Below, in pieces: positions 13,501-25,285 of a stretch of 64,000 nt of DNA. A program made the position numbers and the translations under genes. How positions within the stretch are numbered: the stretch's first letter is position 1; the number at the start of each line of letters is the position of its first letter. The notes beneath the pieces were generated by a model. That model saw only the letters and a list, made by a program, of their open reading frames with translations, did not search any database and was not told the origin of the DNA. This DNA is from Lingula anatina (lineage: Eukaryota; Animalia; Brachiopoda). The stretch lies in contig CM120641.1 of NCBI GenBank assembly GCA_051362555.1, positions 27,348,401 to 27,412,400 on the forward strand, in the 5' to 3' direction.

Positions 13501-16500
13501 CCATTCCACATGAAGTTGATGAAGATGAAAACCGTGCTGTGAAGATTGTAAGAATCATGAGGAAAAATGATCCTCTGGTGGGTTTTTAATGCATTTTACT
13601 TAACAGATTTGTCTTTAATATGAATTTTATTGTGAATTCGATAACTCCATATTAAATAAAGAAAACACTAAAAAAAACTCAGAGAGTGCAGACTTCTGCT
13701 AAGAAAGATCAATCCCCCTTATTAGTTTAATATTTCTTTAAGTAATGGATCATCTAGTTAATGGCTGTTAACTAACAAAGGTAAAAACTTTTAATATGCT
13801 AGCAAAAGCACACTATAGCACTGTACATAGTATTCAGTGAACATTTGTGTTATATTATTAACTATGAATATCAAAAATAAATCATGAGTAATATTTATCT
13901 GTACAGGGTGCTACGATACGATTGAATGAAGAAACGGGTATGATTTATGTTGCTAGAGTGATGATGGGCGGAGCAGCTGACAGAAGTGGTAAGTCATTTA
14001 AGAACCCATATTTCCGTATTTGTTCACATTTCTTGTAGTTCTTGTATAGTATTAAATTAGACTTTGTAGTGTGGTATTCCTAAATAACATGTAACACACA
14101 ATCAATCAGAATATTTTCATTTTCCCTTGTAATGTTAGTTCTAGATATTTTTGAGAGTTTGTCATTGTTGGTATATTAATCACATGCTTTCAACTGACTA
14201 CTTTCGATTTTTATGTACAGACACAGATGTGTCTGTACATATAGCCATCATCTGCGTCTGTCGTCGCCGTCGTCGCCGTGCACTTTTACCGATAACACGA
14301 TAAGTGGAAAACCATTTTACCTTTTGACTTGAAACTTGCAGAACTGATGAATATTCATAATACGCAGGTCAAGTTCGAAAATCAGCATGATCGGGTCACT
14401 TTTAGGGAATTTATGCTGTTTTTTCACTTTTTTCAGCATATATGCAGCACCGATAACACGATAAGTGGAAAACCATTTTACCTTTTGACTTGAAACTTAC
14501 AGAACTGATGAATATTTATAATACGCAGGTCAAGTTTGAAAATCAGCATGATCGGGTCACTTTTAGGGAATTTATGCTGTTTTTTCACTTTTTTCAGCAT
14601 ATATGCAGCACCGATAACACGATAAGTGGAAAACCATTTTACCTTTTGACTTGAAACTTACAGAACTGATGAATATTCATAATACGCAGGTCAAGTTCGA
14701 AAATCAGCATGATTGGGCCATTTTTAGGGAATTTATGCTGTTTTTTCACTATTTTCAATATAAATACAACACTGATAACACAATATAAGAAAAACGGATT
14801 GGCCAATTGTAATTATACTCACAGGAGTGGTCAATCTTACTAAAACGCAGGTTGAGTTCGAAAATCAGCATAATCAGGCCATTATTTTAGAAGTTATACT
14901 GTTTTTCACATTTCCTCAGATTCAATTATTAGGCATGTTAACAGTCTCATTATTTAACTAATAAGATGCCTAAAAGTGTTTGTTTGATATTTCCTGCATC
15001 TTTACAACATTGTTAGTTGATTATGTAAAAAACATGGTAAACTTGTTATCATGTATTGTGTAATAAAGTGTCAAAAATGGAAATAAACTCATATCATTGC
15101 AGTTTGTCAGATTCAATCATCCACTATGTTCAGAATCTCAGAATGGAGGAAATTGGACATTTAACACTGTTCTATTGATACTTTTCCCATCTCATCAATT
15201 TTCTTAGTTGGTCATATAAAATGGCAGTAAAATGTTTATTTTGTTTTATGTTAAAAAAGTGTTAAAAATGGAAATAAACCCATTTCAGAACAGTGCTGTC
15301 TTGTTTACATTTTGGCATTTTCAAGGCGTGACTTTGAAGTTCCATGGGCCTGAAGACCTTTGCTAGTCACATTTTCTGAATATCTGTGAAACAAATATTT
15401 TATAATTAAAAATTGATGGTCATTAAGCTGTTAAACATTATGTAATATTGCATCAAAATTTGAAGAAACCCCTATTTTGGGCACTGCTTCCATGATGACC
15501 ATTTAAGGAAAATCATGTCACTTACTGTTCTCAAACTTACAGGAAAGAAACATGGGACTAAAATACAGCTTCAGTAGGCAATGCAGTCTGTTTGGTATTT
15601 TTATTTATTTATTTTTTTTTTTGGCAGTTAAACAGTTTTTTGTGAAAATTTAATTTTTCACATATTGGCATTTACAAGGTGTGACTTTAAAGTTCCATGA
15701 TCTTGAAGACTTTTGCTTGTCACATTTTCTGAATGTCCATGTTACTAATATTTTATTAATAACATTTGATTGTCATTATGCTGTTAAACATTATGTAATG
15801 TTGCATCAAAATTTGAAGAAACCCCTATTTTGGGCACTGCTCCTATGATGACCATTTAAGGGAAATCATGTCACTTACTGTTCTCAAACTTACAGGAAAG
15901 AAACATGGGTCTAACATACAGCTTCAATAGGCAACGCAGTCTGTTTGGTAAATTTTTCTGGCAATTTAACAGTTTTTTGTGAAAATTTAATTTTTCACTT
16001 ATTTGCATCTTTATTTTCTGTTCTTTGTCTGTACATTTGACAGCTTTGCTGCCTTGTTTTTTTTTTAGGATCAATTCATGTTGGAGATGAAGTCCATGAA
16101 GTAAATGGAATCAATGTCCGTGGCAGAGATCCAGATGATGTCGTACAAATACTGGTATGCGGCTTTATAAGGTTTATATGACAGTAAAAGTTGAAAACCA
16201 TTTTCCAGATAAGTGGTAAAGTCGTTCATACATACAAGAATAGATCTTAAATTATGTAAAGATATCTAAAAGAATTCATCTATTATGCAAAGATTGTATC
16301 TAAAAAATACATTTCTCATACATTCCCCTGATGATTCCACAATCTGATGCAATTCGAATGCTTTGACAAAGATAAATGCAATAGTTGTTTGCAGAGAGCC
16401 TAGCAGTTCTAAAAATGAGTATTGAGAAGCGAGGGACTTCATCACTTTCATTTTTTGATGAAGTGATTGTTTGAGAGAAATGCAGATATTCTCAGTGATT

Positions 16501-19500
16501 TACAACTTTGTGATTTTCAGGCAGCTGCGCAGGGTCCCATTACTCTTAAACTTGTGCCCAGCAATGTGGATAGTAAAATATACAGAGAAAGCAGGGCAAG
16601 TTGTTCTTTTTCATTGACGTCTGCCCTTGTTTGTGTAATTGTTGTATCACAATATACCATACCCCCTAGAAGTTGACTTTGTGATATTGCACTAATTTTG
16701 AAGCAGCAGGATTTCAATGACTATCATTTTAAAGACAAGATCTTGTATATCCTATAAAACACTATAATGCAAATATGTGTGCATTAAAAAGTGAGGCAGA
16801 ATTGAAAACCTGAATCTTTGAATGTAACTCAGTCTGTGCAATTTACATATATTTCTACAATGTACATCTCACAACTCTTTTTGTAACATTCATCATCAAC
16901 AGCCAAACGAATGTCTAAGAATCGAAGATAGAATACATTTACATTCATGACAACTGCTTTGGCTGCTCCTATATTTTGTATGTCCACTTAAAGTTAAATG
17001 TCCACTCACAATACACTAAGTTAAAGCCATGGGAATATCTTGGGCATATTCAGTTCTATTTACAATCCGCAGCGATTAACATCCATTTTCTTTTGCTTCC
17101 TCAGGTTCGAATGCGAGCTCACTTCAACTATGACCCCTTCAAGGACACCCTTATTCCCTGTCGAGAAGCGGGACTGCCCTTTAAGAAGGGGGACATCCTG
17201 CACATAGTGGACCAGACTGACCTGAACTGGTGGCAGGCCAGGAGGGAGGGGGACAAGAATATGAGGGCGGGGCTCATACCTGGGAAACAGTTACAGGAAA
17301 GGTGGGAGATTTATAAGTTTTTAAAAAAAGTGAAGTCTGGTTCTTATGTATTTCTCTGTACTATTTCTCAGTGTGGTTTACAGTACATCACAACAGGGCC
17401 AGTTTTTTTTTTTTCTGCAGACTGGCTGAAGGTATTCTGTCATCACAGGGGAGGATACAGTAATAATAAAATATGCAAATGATAGTGTCACTTTTTGACG
17501 TTTGTTTCATAACACACTGTTTTGATTAACCTTACAGTATGATGGTTAACTATGTTGGTTCTAAAATTGACAGCTAGCTTTATCATTTTAAGTAAACAGG
17601 TAACATTAGACAGCCTATTAGTATTTCACATACTTGAGTATGCATTTACTACAAAACCTGAATGGTACTGCTCAAGTCATGCAGTCGAGTATTCAAATCT
17701 AAATGTGGTCTTCCATGTTTCAGAAAAGAGGCCATGAGACGGACAGTTGGCACATTAGATGGTGGATTGTACAGAGAGAGAGAAAACAAGGGCATCAGGA
17801 GTTCAACAATGAATGGCTCTTTGGATGGTAGGAAAGCAAGGAAAACCAAGAAAATTATGTACCAGTCTGAGAATAGCTCTGGTAAGAAATGTAGAATTGC
17901 AGTTTCATCACAAAATATTTTTTTCGTGGTTGAAAGTTTTCAGGATTATGCCTGATTTCCAGATTTTTAGTCTTCATTTTGATCGTTCTTTTTCATATGG
18001 CCTAAATGACATGAATTTTACAATATGACATAATTTTTACAATCTTCACCCATGCTTTTTCTGCACTGCAGAATGAAAAACAAAATCTTGCAAGAAGGCC
18101 AATTTTTATATCAAAGCTTGCATGCAAAGAAAAAAATTCTTTAATAAAGACTTATTATGGAAATATGCATCAGCAGTATGGGTTTAAATTGGAAATATGA
18201 AATTTTATCAGCTGCTTTATAAGTTATTTCCAGATTTTGACAATGCTGAAAATATATGTGGAATTTTGAAACTGTAGATGATTTATTTCCAGATTTTGAC
18301 AATGCTGAAATTATCACCTATGAAGAAGTTGAAAAATATTATCCAGAATCTGGCAGATACAGACCAATTGTACTCATTGGTGAGTTTGGATTTGGATGTT
18401 TCATTACTTATGGTATTTTGGTATTTGTAAATTAAACTGAATTCAGCAGAGAAAAATAAAATAAGCTTGTGTTGATTAGTACGTATTATTTTAAATGTAA
18501 TGTTTTTATTATGCTGTTTCAGGGCCTCCTGGTGCTGGGAGGAATGAATTGAAAAGACGTCTTATAACTTCCAACCCAGAACATTTCTCAGCCACAATAC
18601 CACGTGAGTCGACTTTATTACATGATGCAAAGCATTGCTTTCATCAAAAAGACACTGTACTTCAGGTTCTTCATATATATTTAGTCTGCAAACTCACAGA
18701 GGACTACATGGAATATGTAATAATGATGTCTGGGGTAGCACTAGCAATTTTTTTCGCTTAGCCATATCACCACATTTTTGTCAATTTGTTATCAAAATGG
18801 TTATAATTTGGCTAAAACATGTCAAATCAAGCCCTTTTTCTTTAGCCAATTGAAGTCAATTTTAGCATTTGGCTAAATTGGCAAGTGTTAGCGCTACCCC
18901 AGGATGTCATTTATAAGTTTTGTATGCATACCAAAGAATGGTTTCATTTGATATTAGAATAAGGGTTCCTATTTGTATGTGTTATAGACACTTCTCGTCC
19001 CAAGAAAACATCCGAAGTGGATGGTAAGGAGTATTATTTTGTCTCCAGAACAGAAATGGATAGGAGAATAGCAGAAAGAAGGTTTGTGTGGCATAAATGA
19101 AGTTTATTTAGTCTTTTATCTTTGAAGTATATTCAGTATTGTCTTCACTGCCTTACAAGCTATATAATAATAGTTTTTAATGAAGTATCTTAGCTTGACA
19201 AATGCCAGCTAGCTCATGTATAACGTTGTCTGGACAAGTGCATATTTAAACCCCATTCCCAGAGATTAGATCGATCTACTTTAGATCAACCTAACTTCCT
19301 GGGGGTTCTCGCTAGATAGCTGTCAGCCGAGTGGGCACGAAAGTTAATTACCCCCTTACAGCTTGTAGTAGGTGGGACGGACATTTAAGCTAGTGAGACT
19401 CCCCACGGGGATAGATCGATCTAAATATCTGGGAATACACCCTTAGAAAATCAAAATTATACCATCAATACTAAATATAAAACACATGTATTATATTTTT

Positions 19501-19875
19501 TCAGTAATAGAAAGATTCTGAAGCAATGTTTGTTACACAATCTTCTTTTTATGAAATTTACTCTGATCAGGCATCATTTAGCTCTTAACTACCGGTACTT
19601 CATTATGAGGTTGTGTTTACAAACGGTCCAAAGTGGACCAGTTGTGAACACAGCTTTTTTTTCTCACTCATATCATAAATGCTGATTATGTTTTGTTTTC
19701 TCAGATTTGTTGAGTATGGAGAATACAAGGGCAACCTGTATGGTACTAGTATAGAGAGTATAACCAGTGCTCTCAATGCAGGAAAGGTCTGTGTACTCAC
19801 ACCACACCCACAGGTAAGCTGAAAGAAATAGATACTGTATTTATGTATATGGAATTGCATGTGCTTGGGAATTAG

Positions 19876-19922
<47 letters not shown>

Positions 19923-20202
19923 AAAAAAATTCACATTTTTATTGGTCTGCCAATTCAATTTTTTATTTATGATACTTTGATTTAATTAAATAATCTGGAT
20001 CTCTTTACTTTCTTAAGTGATAATATATGCTAATAGTTGTGCACAATTTATGCATCTATAGCCAAAGGATGTTCACAAATAAAGTAGTGAAATTATTCAA
20101 GTAATTTTAATTATAACTAGCTTTTGAGAGGTCCTTGATACGTGAACACACTCAAATTTTATTTTAGAAAAAAAAATGCAGTTGACTATTTTAGTATTAG
20201 CT

Positions 20203-20264
<62 letters not shown>

Positions 20265-23200
20265 GCACACACACACTGTGATTTAGGTGGTAGAAATAAG
20301 TTGTAACAGAGCATTTACATGTTGAGGTTATGTGAGTTGTAAACATGTAAACATAAAATTCAAGAGAATGTGCAAATTTTTTTATTTAACTCAACAACAA
20401 TAACATCAATAACATAAATATCCTAAGACTGAAGGCATGACGCCTCATACTTGGTGATCTGTAGGTTCAATTATTTCAGAGGCAGGTTTATGTTCAGAGT
20501 AACCTGTCACTGTCATGAAGATGATTTAGAATAAAATTGAAAAATTTTCTTTCCCAAAATGCACAGTTACTAGTACATTGTCCAGTAAATGTTTTAGATA
20601 CATTTTGACTTCCATCATTGACATTATCATTTACATATTTTATTCAAAGTTTATGCTGTTGCTTACTTTGAAATCAGCGATTTGACCTTCAGTTTTAATT
20701 TTGAAATGCCTTGTTTCAGCAAAGATGCTTTCAGTTTTCTAAGAGCAAGTTTTTGCAGCAAATGAAAGTCATCTTCATTTGCATCTAGGGCATCCATGTG
20801 ATAGATGCCTGCTGCTGATTCTTTAGAAGATTCTTTATGAAAATTGACTGCAACACCAAAATTTTCCAACATTCTCTCATAATCAACTCCTTCATCTTTG
20901 GATCCAAAGAGCCAGATGAATTTTGCCTGGACTGCAGAAAAACCTTTCAATTTTCGTTTGTGTTTTCCTTTGATCTGCTGTTGTCTGGTAAGCTGTAAAC
21001 CAGCGCCCTCTAGAGTGGGTTCTGGTTGGACAAGGGGCTGGACCTCTGCTGGACTGGTAGCAGTTTGCCACGTTTTCTGATTGAAAGGTGTGGTTCCCAT
21101 CGGTGGCAGGGGAGATGTAGAAGAGGATGGAATAGGCATATCAGGCAAAGAGAAATCAAGCCTGTCCTTCAATGTGGTTGCATCGTCTAAGTTTCCATCA
21201 TTTGTGCTGTAGGGATTTGTTGAAGTGCTAGTACTGGTAGGATCTGTAATTAAAATCCAGTAAATAAACTCAGATAAGATCAAAGAATTTGAACTCTCAT
21301 CAGGTAGTATTTCTAAGATTTCCTTTGTGGTTCCATACTGTGGAAAGTATGCTGATAATGCGAGATTGAGTCGAGGAAATAATAGCCCTACTTTTTATCA
21401 TTGTGTAGACTTTGATGGAGCTTAAGATAATGATAGTTGATGTGGAAAATACCGTTATTATTAAAGCCTGTAATTTACATGTAGAAGAGATATGAAGAGT
21501 ACCTGTGGTATATTTTGAATCAGGATAAGAATTGATGACAAAAGTGGTGGCTGGATCTACCAAAGTCACCCTCGTGGAACAGAGTGCAATAATCACCCAG
21601 CATTTTGTAGCCTGAATGAATAAAAACAATAGACGAAAAAGAAGTTTATTTTAATAACAATAATGGAAATCACTTATTTCTATTTGAATAGAATTGTCTC
21701 AGTCAGTTGTTCATTGTAATTCTCCTTTGTATGTGCATAAAAAATAACTCATTATCTATTAGGTAACATAGCAAAAAAAAAATGAATTTGTAATGAAAAG
21801 GTTTTCAGCTTATTATAACCAATAAAAAATGTTGAAATTAATAATTAATAAGTGTAGATTAGCTCTCATGAAACACATAACACTGGGCCATGATAACACT
21901 GAGAAAAGAAAACGTGCTTAGTTTCCTATCAGACCATATATATTCAATTTACAATGCATGGCTTCTCCACTTACCTGCATTATGGATCTCTGACTGCACC
22001 CTCAGCAGTAGAACTATACTGAGTGTAATGTGCACTAGCTTTGACAGTTATATTGAATATCCCTCAGCAGTAGAGACTCCTTTCAAGTACAGGGCATTCT
22101 GTCGCTACCTTTAACTGTCTTTTGGATATATACAGGAGGTTAAAAGAGACGATTAATTACGAGATGAGTGGTCCTGATAACCCCTCAGTCTGTTTCATGC
22201 TCTCTGACTCTCAAATGACTACCTAGGCGAGAGCAATTTTACCACTGAAATTAGGACCATTATTTCTGGCCAGAAAAATGAGCCATGTTGTCAGAAATAT
22301 TTTTTTGTGATAATTAGGATTTCAGCTCTTATTAAATGGCAATATGCATGGGCTGATTGTGGAATTTTTTTTTCAAAAAAGCAATTAATACATTACATGC
22401 TAAATGTACATCATAAGATAAATTATCCAGTTATGTGACACTCCATTTAAGATATCTTAGATTAAAATGAAAGGTGAGAGATGTAATCTTCTTACAGTCA
22501 TTTCAAAGCAATTTATTTTAATAACTTCATCAATAATAAGTTCACATTTCTTGAACAGAATTTAGAAGAAAAAAGGTCAGGTTAATGAGGGAAAGATATG
22601 GTATTGATTTTTCACTAGGATGTCATTTCAACAGTAAAATGAGTTTGATAATCAGTAGCTAGATGTCAAAGTATTGAAAGATTTGGGACGGATGAGCATC
22701 TTTAAGAATAGAATAACCATCAGGGCTTTTATTATGACATTTTTATATGCCCCAGTATTGCATTTAGCATCAAAGTTACATAAAAGAAAATAGATTTTCA
22801 CTATTAGTCTGTCATTCAACGCTAACTGGTAATGGTTTACTTATATAATATGTTGTGCGTACAGATGGAATAAAGGGAAACATAATGGCTTTCCATTGTC
22901 ATGAAGATCAAAGGAAATAAAAAAAAAGTAATATCTAATAAACCATGGACGTCAAGGTAGCCCATGTTGTTTTAAGGCTGGAGAAACTCAACTTTATGGG
23001 GGTGAGTGGGGGGGGGGGCTGGCGTCAGCTGTTGGGAGTAGTGCCGTCTAAGTGTTGCGCCGGGCGTGTTGGTTTCAGAGAGATGTGCTGACGCCAATCC
23101 CTGACATGGTACCCAGAGAAGAAATACACCAAATGATTTGGCAAATACTTCAGCATGTTATCCCTCTTTTTCTAAACATGAAAAAATAATCTTTGAATTA

Positions 23201-23930
23201 ATTAAGAAATTTATTTTTCTAGGCACTGAAAATGCTGAGAAGTGCAGAGTTAAAGCCCTACGTGATCTTTATCAAGCCTCCTTCCATTGAGAGGCTTCGA
23301 GACACGAGACTGGTCCCTACCACCAAGGGCAATACAGATAATGGAATGATACAGAAGACATTTTCAGTGAGGGGTTGTTTTTTTTTTCACCTTTGATGTT
23401 GCGAGGGAGAAATTGCTTCATTTATGTTGGCTTTCGATATACACTAGTTCAAATTACTAAATTGCTGTTGGAGTACTTAAGTGGTTTAACCTTTCATGTC
23501 GTTAGGAAAATGACAGTTGTATTGGATTTCATAACATTTTTTCATTACTTCTGAATCTAATTGAATTATTAAACAGAACTGGTATTTAATACTTTCGTAT
23601 TCTCAGTTGCCTTTATCATTGAAAGTATTTTGATTATTCTAGATACTCTATACACCATTCTTTCATAGTTTCCAAGTTTAGGAGGGAAAAAAGTCTTGTA
23701 AGACTGCTGAAGAATTTAAGTTCATTTGCTTGTAGCATATTTATCTATTCCAGGATGAAGAACTCCATGAAATGATTCTAAATGCATCCAAGATTGAAGA
23801 AAATTACAGTCACTTCTTTGATAAAACAATAGTCAATGATGAACTTACTACAGTGTTCACTGAACTTTGTGCTGCTGTGTACAGAATTGAGCATGAACCG
23901 CAGTGGGTGCCCATCTCATGGGTACGGTGA
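10528..23930 (+). CDS. MPP7: MAGUK p55 subfamily protein, MPP7/MPP3-like (L27-L27-PDZ-SH3-GuK), 16 coding exons, ~582 aa
   Basis: Exons 10528-10573, 11127-11245, 11947-12024, 13061-13141, 13443-13577, 13907-13988, 16069-16154, 16521-16595 (GC donor), 17105-17301, 17724-17881, 18293-18379, 18523-18603, 18988-19081, 19705-19813, 23223-23366, 23754-23930 join in frame (1749 nt). Translation: MPAAV... L27 region ([22 protein letters not shown]), PDZ ([32 protein letters not shown]), SH3 ([33 protein letters not shown]), GuK ([38 protein letters not shown]), C-terminus [11 protein letters not shown]. This closely follows recalled human MPP7. Confidence 0.93.
14208..16057 (+). mobile_element. Helentron-associated interspersed element (HINE/DINE-1-like), copy 1
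   Basis: 5' T-run + TGTACAGACA..TGTCTGTACA palindrome, (GTCGCC)-type microsatellite, internal 161-bp tandem units (14291, 14452, 14613, diverged 14774) and a ~353-bp duplicated module. 3' subterminal TGTCTGTACA followed by hairpin GACAGC-ttt-GCTGCC and a T-run. Confidence 0.8.
18730..18902. mobile_element. Second copy (inverted) of the CTGGGGTAG MITE, 5-bp TSD (GATGT)
   Basis: CTGGGGTAGCACTAGCA..TGTTAGCGCTACCCCAG, with GATGT at 18725-29 and 18903-07. Confidence 0.8.
19249..19442. mobile_element. Tourist/PIF-Harbinger-like MITE (GATCGATC family)
   Basis: Imperfect ~30-bp TIRs (..ATTCCCAGA..TAGATCGATC), TTA on both flanks (19246-48, 19443-45). Homologous to the copies at 4481, 30937 and 37753. 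Confidence 0.75.
19881..19921. repeat. (TG)n microsatellite
   Basis: Direct reading. Confidence 0.9.
20205..20277. repeat. (CT)n(CA)n microsatellite
   Basis: Direct reading. Confidence 0.9.
20639..20644 (-). terminator. Polyadenylation signal of the nested gene
   Basis: AATAAA on the minus strand ~19 nt after the TAA stop at 20663. Confidence 0.45.
20663..21980 (-). CDS. Nested antisense gene: putative secreted Ser/Thr/Pro-rich precursor with cationic amphipathic C-terminus, ~231 aa, 3 exons
   Basis: Exons 21975-21980 (ATG CAG|gtaagt), 21503-21611 and 20663-21243 have compatible phases (0, 1). TATATA at ~22126-22132 lies upstream and AATAAA at 20639-20644 lies just after the stop. The long last-exon ORF (206 codons in the ORF track) is anomalous for AT-rich intron DNA. 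The exon-2 donor (AG|gtactc) is weak. Confidence 0.7.
22126..22132 (-). promoter_or_regulatory. TATA box of the nested antisense gene
   Basis: TATATAT on the minus strand about 150 nt upstream of ATG 21980, consistent with a ~120-nt 5' UTR. Confidence 0.45.
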
Positions 23931-24198
23931 CATGACAGAACATGAACCCCAGCGGGTGCCCATTTCATGGATACAGTGACATGACAGGACATGAACCCCA
24001 GTGGGTGCCCATCTCTGGGTACAGTGACATGAAAGAACATCAACCACAGTGGGTTCCCATCTCTGGGTACGGTGACATGAAAGAACATGAACCACAGTGG
24101 GTGCCCATTTCATGGGTACAGAGGCATGACAGGACATGAACCCCGGTGGGTGCCCATCGGATGGGTTTAATGCCATGACATAATGTGAACCCCAGTGG
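23892..24198 (+). repeat. 48/49-bp tandem array made of the MPP7 C-terminal codons plus stop (6 copies + partial)
   Basis: Units start at 23892, 23941, 23990, 24038, 24086 and 24135, with a partial at ~24184. Consensus CATGAACCNCAGTGGGTGCCCATYTC(A)TGGGTACRGTGACATGAMAGRA. Confidence 0.95.
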
Positions 24199-25285
24199 TC
24201 TGTTTTAAGGTTTTAGGAAAGCGTTTATAATACATTGACATAGTAAATGAAAATCTATTTAATCATACAGAAAATGCATGAACTAATGGTCTGTAGTATT
24301 AAATGGGCCTTAACTGGGATACAGTCAGATGAGAATGTTGTAAAAAAACCAAACTGCCTGAAACTGTGTTCATTATGCTAAATACTTTATCTTTGATCAA
24401 TTTTGATAATCTAGATGCAATAGTCTAAGAAAAAAAAAAGAGAATGCTTATTTTTAATGACAAGGACTGCAATATATTGGATGAGGAGATTGTGACAATC
24501 TGTTGGTTAGAAGATGTTATATTTGTATTGGTCTTCCATCCCTTGCCTGGTTTTAAGTCTGGTTCACGTTCACATTTGCCCTTTTTGAACTGTTTAATTT
24601 CTTAACATGATACTGTTTGTAGAAAAGGGCTTAGGGTTGATTGAAGGATAATAATCTTGCACATGATGTACAATACATATAGTTTCTATCAAATGCCATC
24701 TTCAGAAAAATCAAACACCTTTTTCATAAAAGTTGCACGTGGTTTGTCCCTTGTTAAAATTAGTCATTGGTTTGATTTTTATTAAATGACATCTGCATAC
24801 ATACAATAATTCATTCCCATTACCTGGGTGTTGATTCATTCAGCAGTTTAATCCTTGGATGTGCCATTGAATACTCTTGAGAGATTTTTTATAGTAGGGC
24901 AGCAAAGTGCAATATATTTGATAGAAGCTTGTTGACAACAATCCATCAATTTAATTCCTTCTCTACAGCTATGCAAATTATATGTAGCCAACACATTGAT
25001 ATTCACTCCTCTTTTTTTTTTCATGGTTACTTTGAAATTGCTCAATTTATTTGAAATTTCTTAACCTTTAATAGACTATAACCTTGTTATAATTTTAAAT
25101 TTCCTTATTTGTTAAAAGCTGTACAATCGCCTTATTCTTCAAATGTGCCAGTAAAGCATGACGTGAAATTGATTAAATTGAATTTTTAATTGGGACATTT
25201 GATATTGACACAATTTATCTTTTCTTTTCAATTGAAAGATTTTTGTCATATAGATCTTACATGAGGGGAAGTATGTTTATTTTTC

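Noticed and set aside
21300-21502. Continuation of ORF 21300-21629 as a single-exon 109-aa protein
   Set aside because: It is better explained as exon 2 reading into the intron, since splicing at 21503 joins the longer downstream ORF in frame. Intron retention cannot be excluded because the donor is weak.
23928-23945. Programmed stop-codon readthrough at TGA-C of MPP7
   Set aside because: The next in-frame stop follows after only 4 codons, so readthrough alone cannot translate the repeats.
23810-24176. Minus-strand repetitive ORFs and CRISPR-like periodicity
   Set aside because: They are antisense shadows of the C-terminal tandem array. There are no unique spacers, no cas genes, and the context is eukaryotic.
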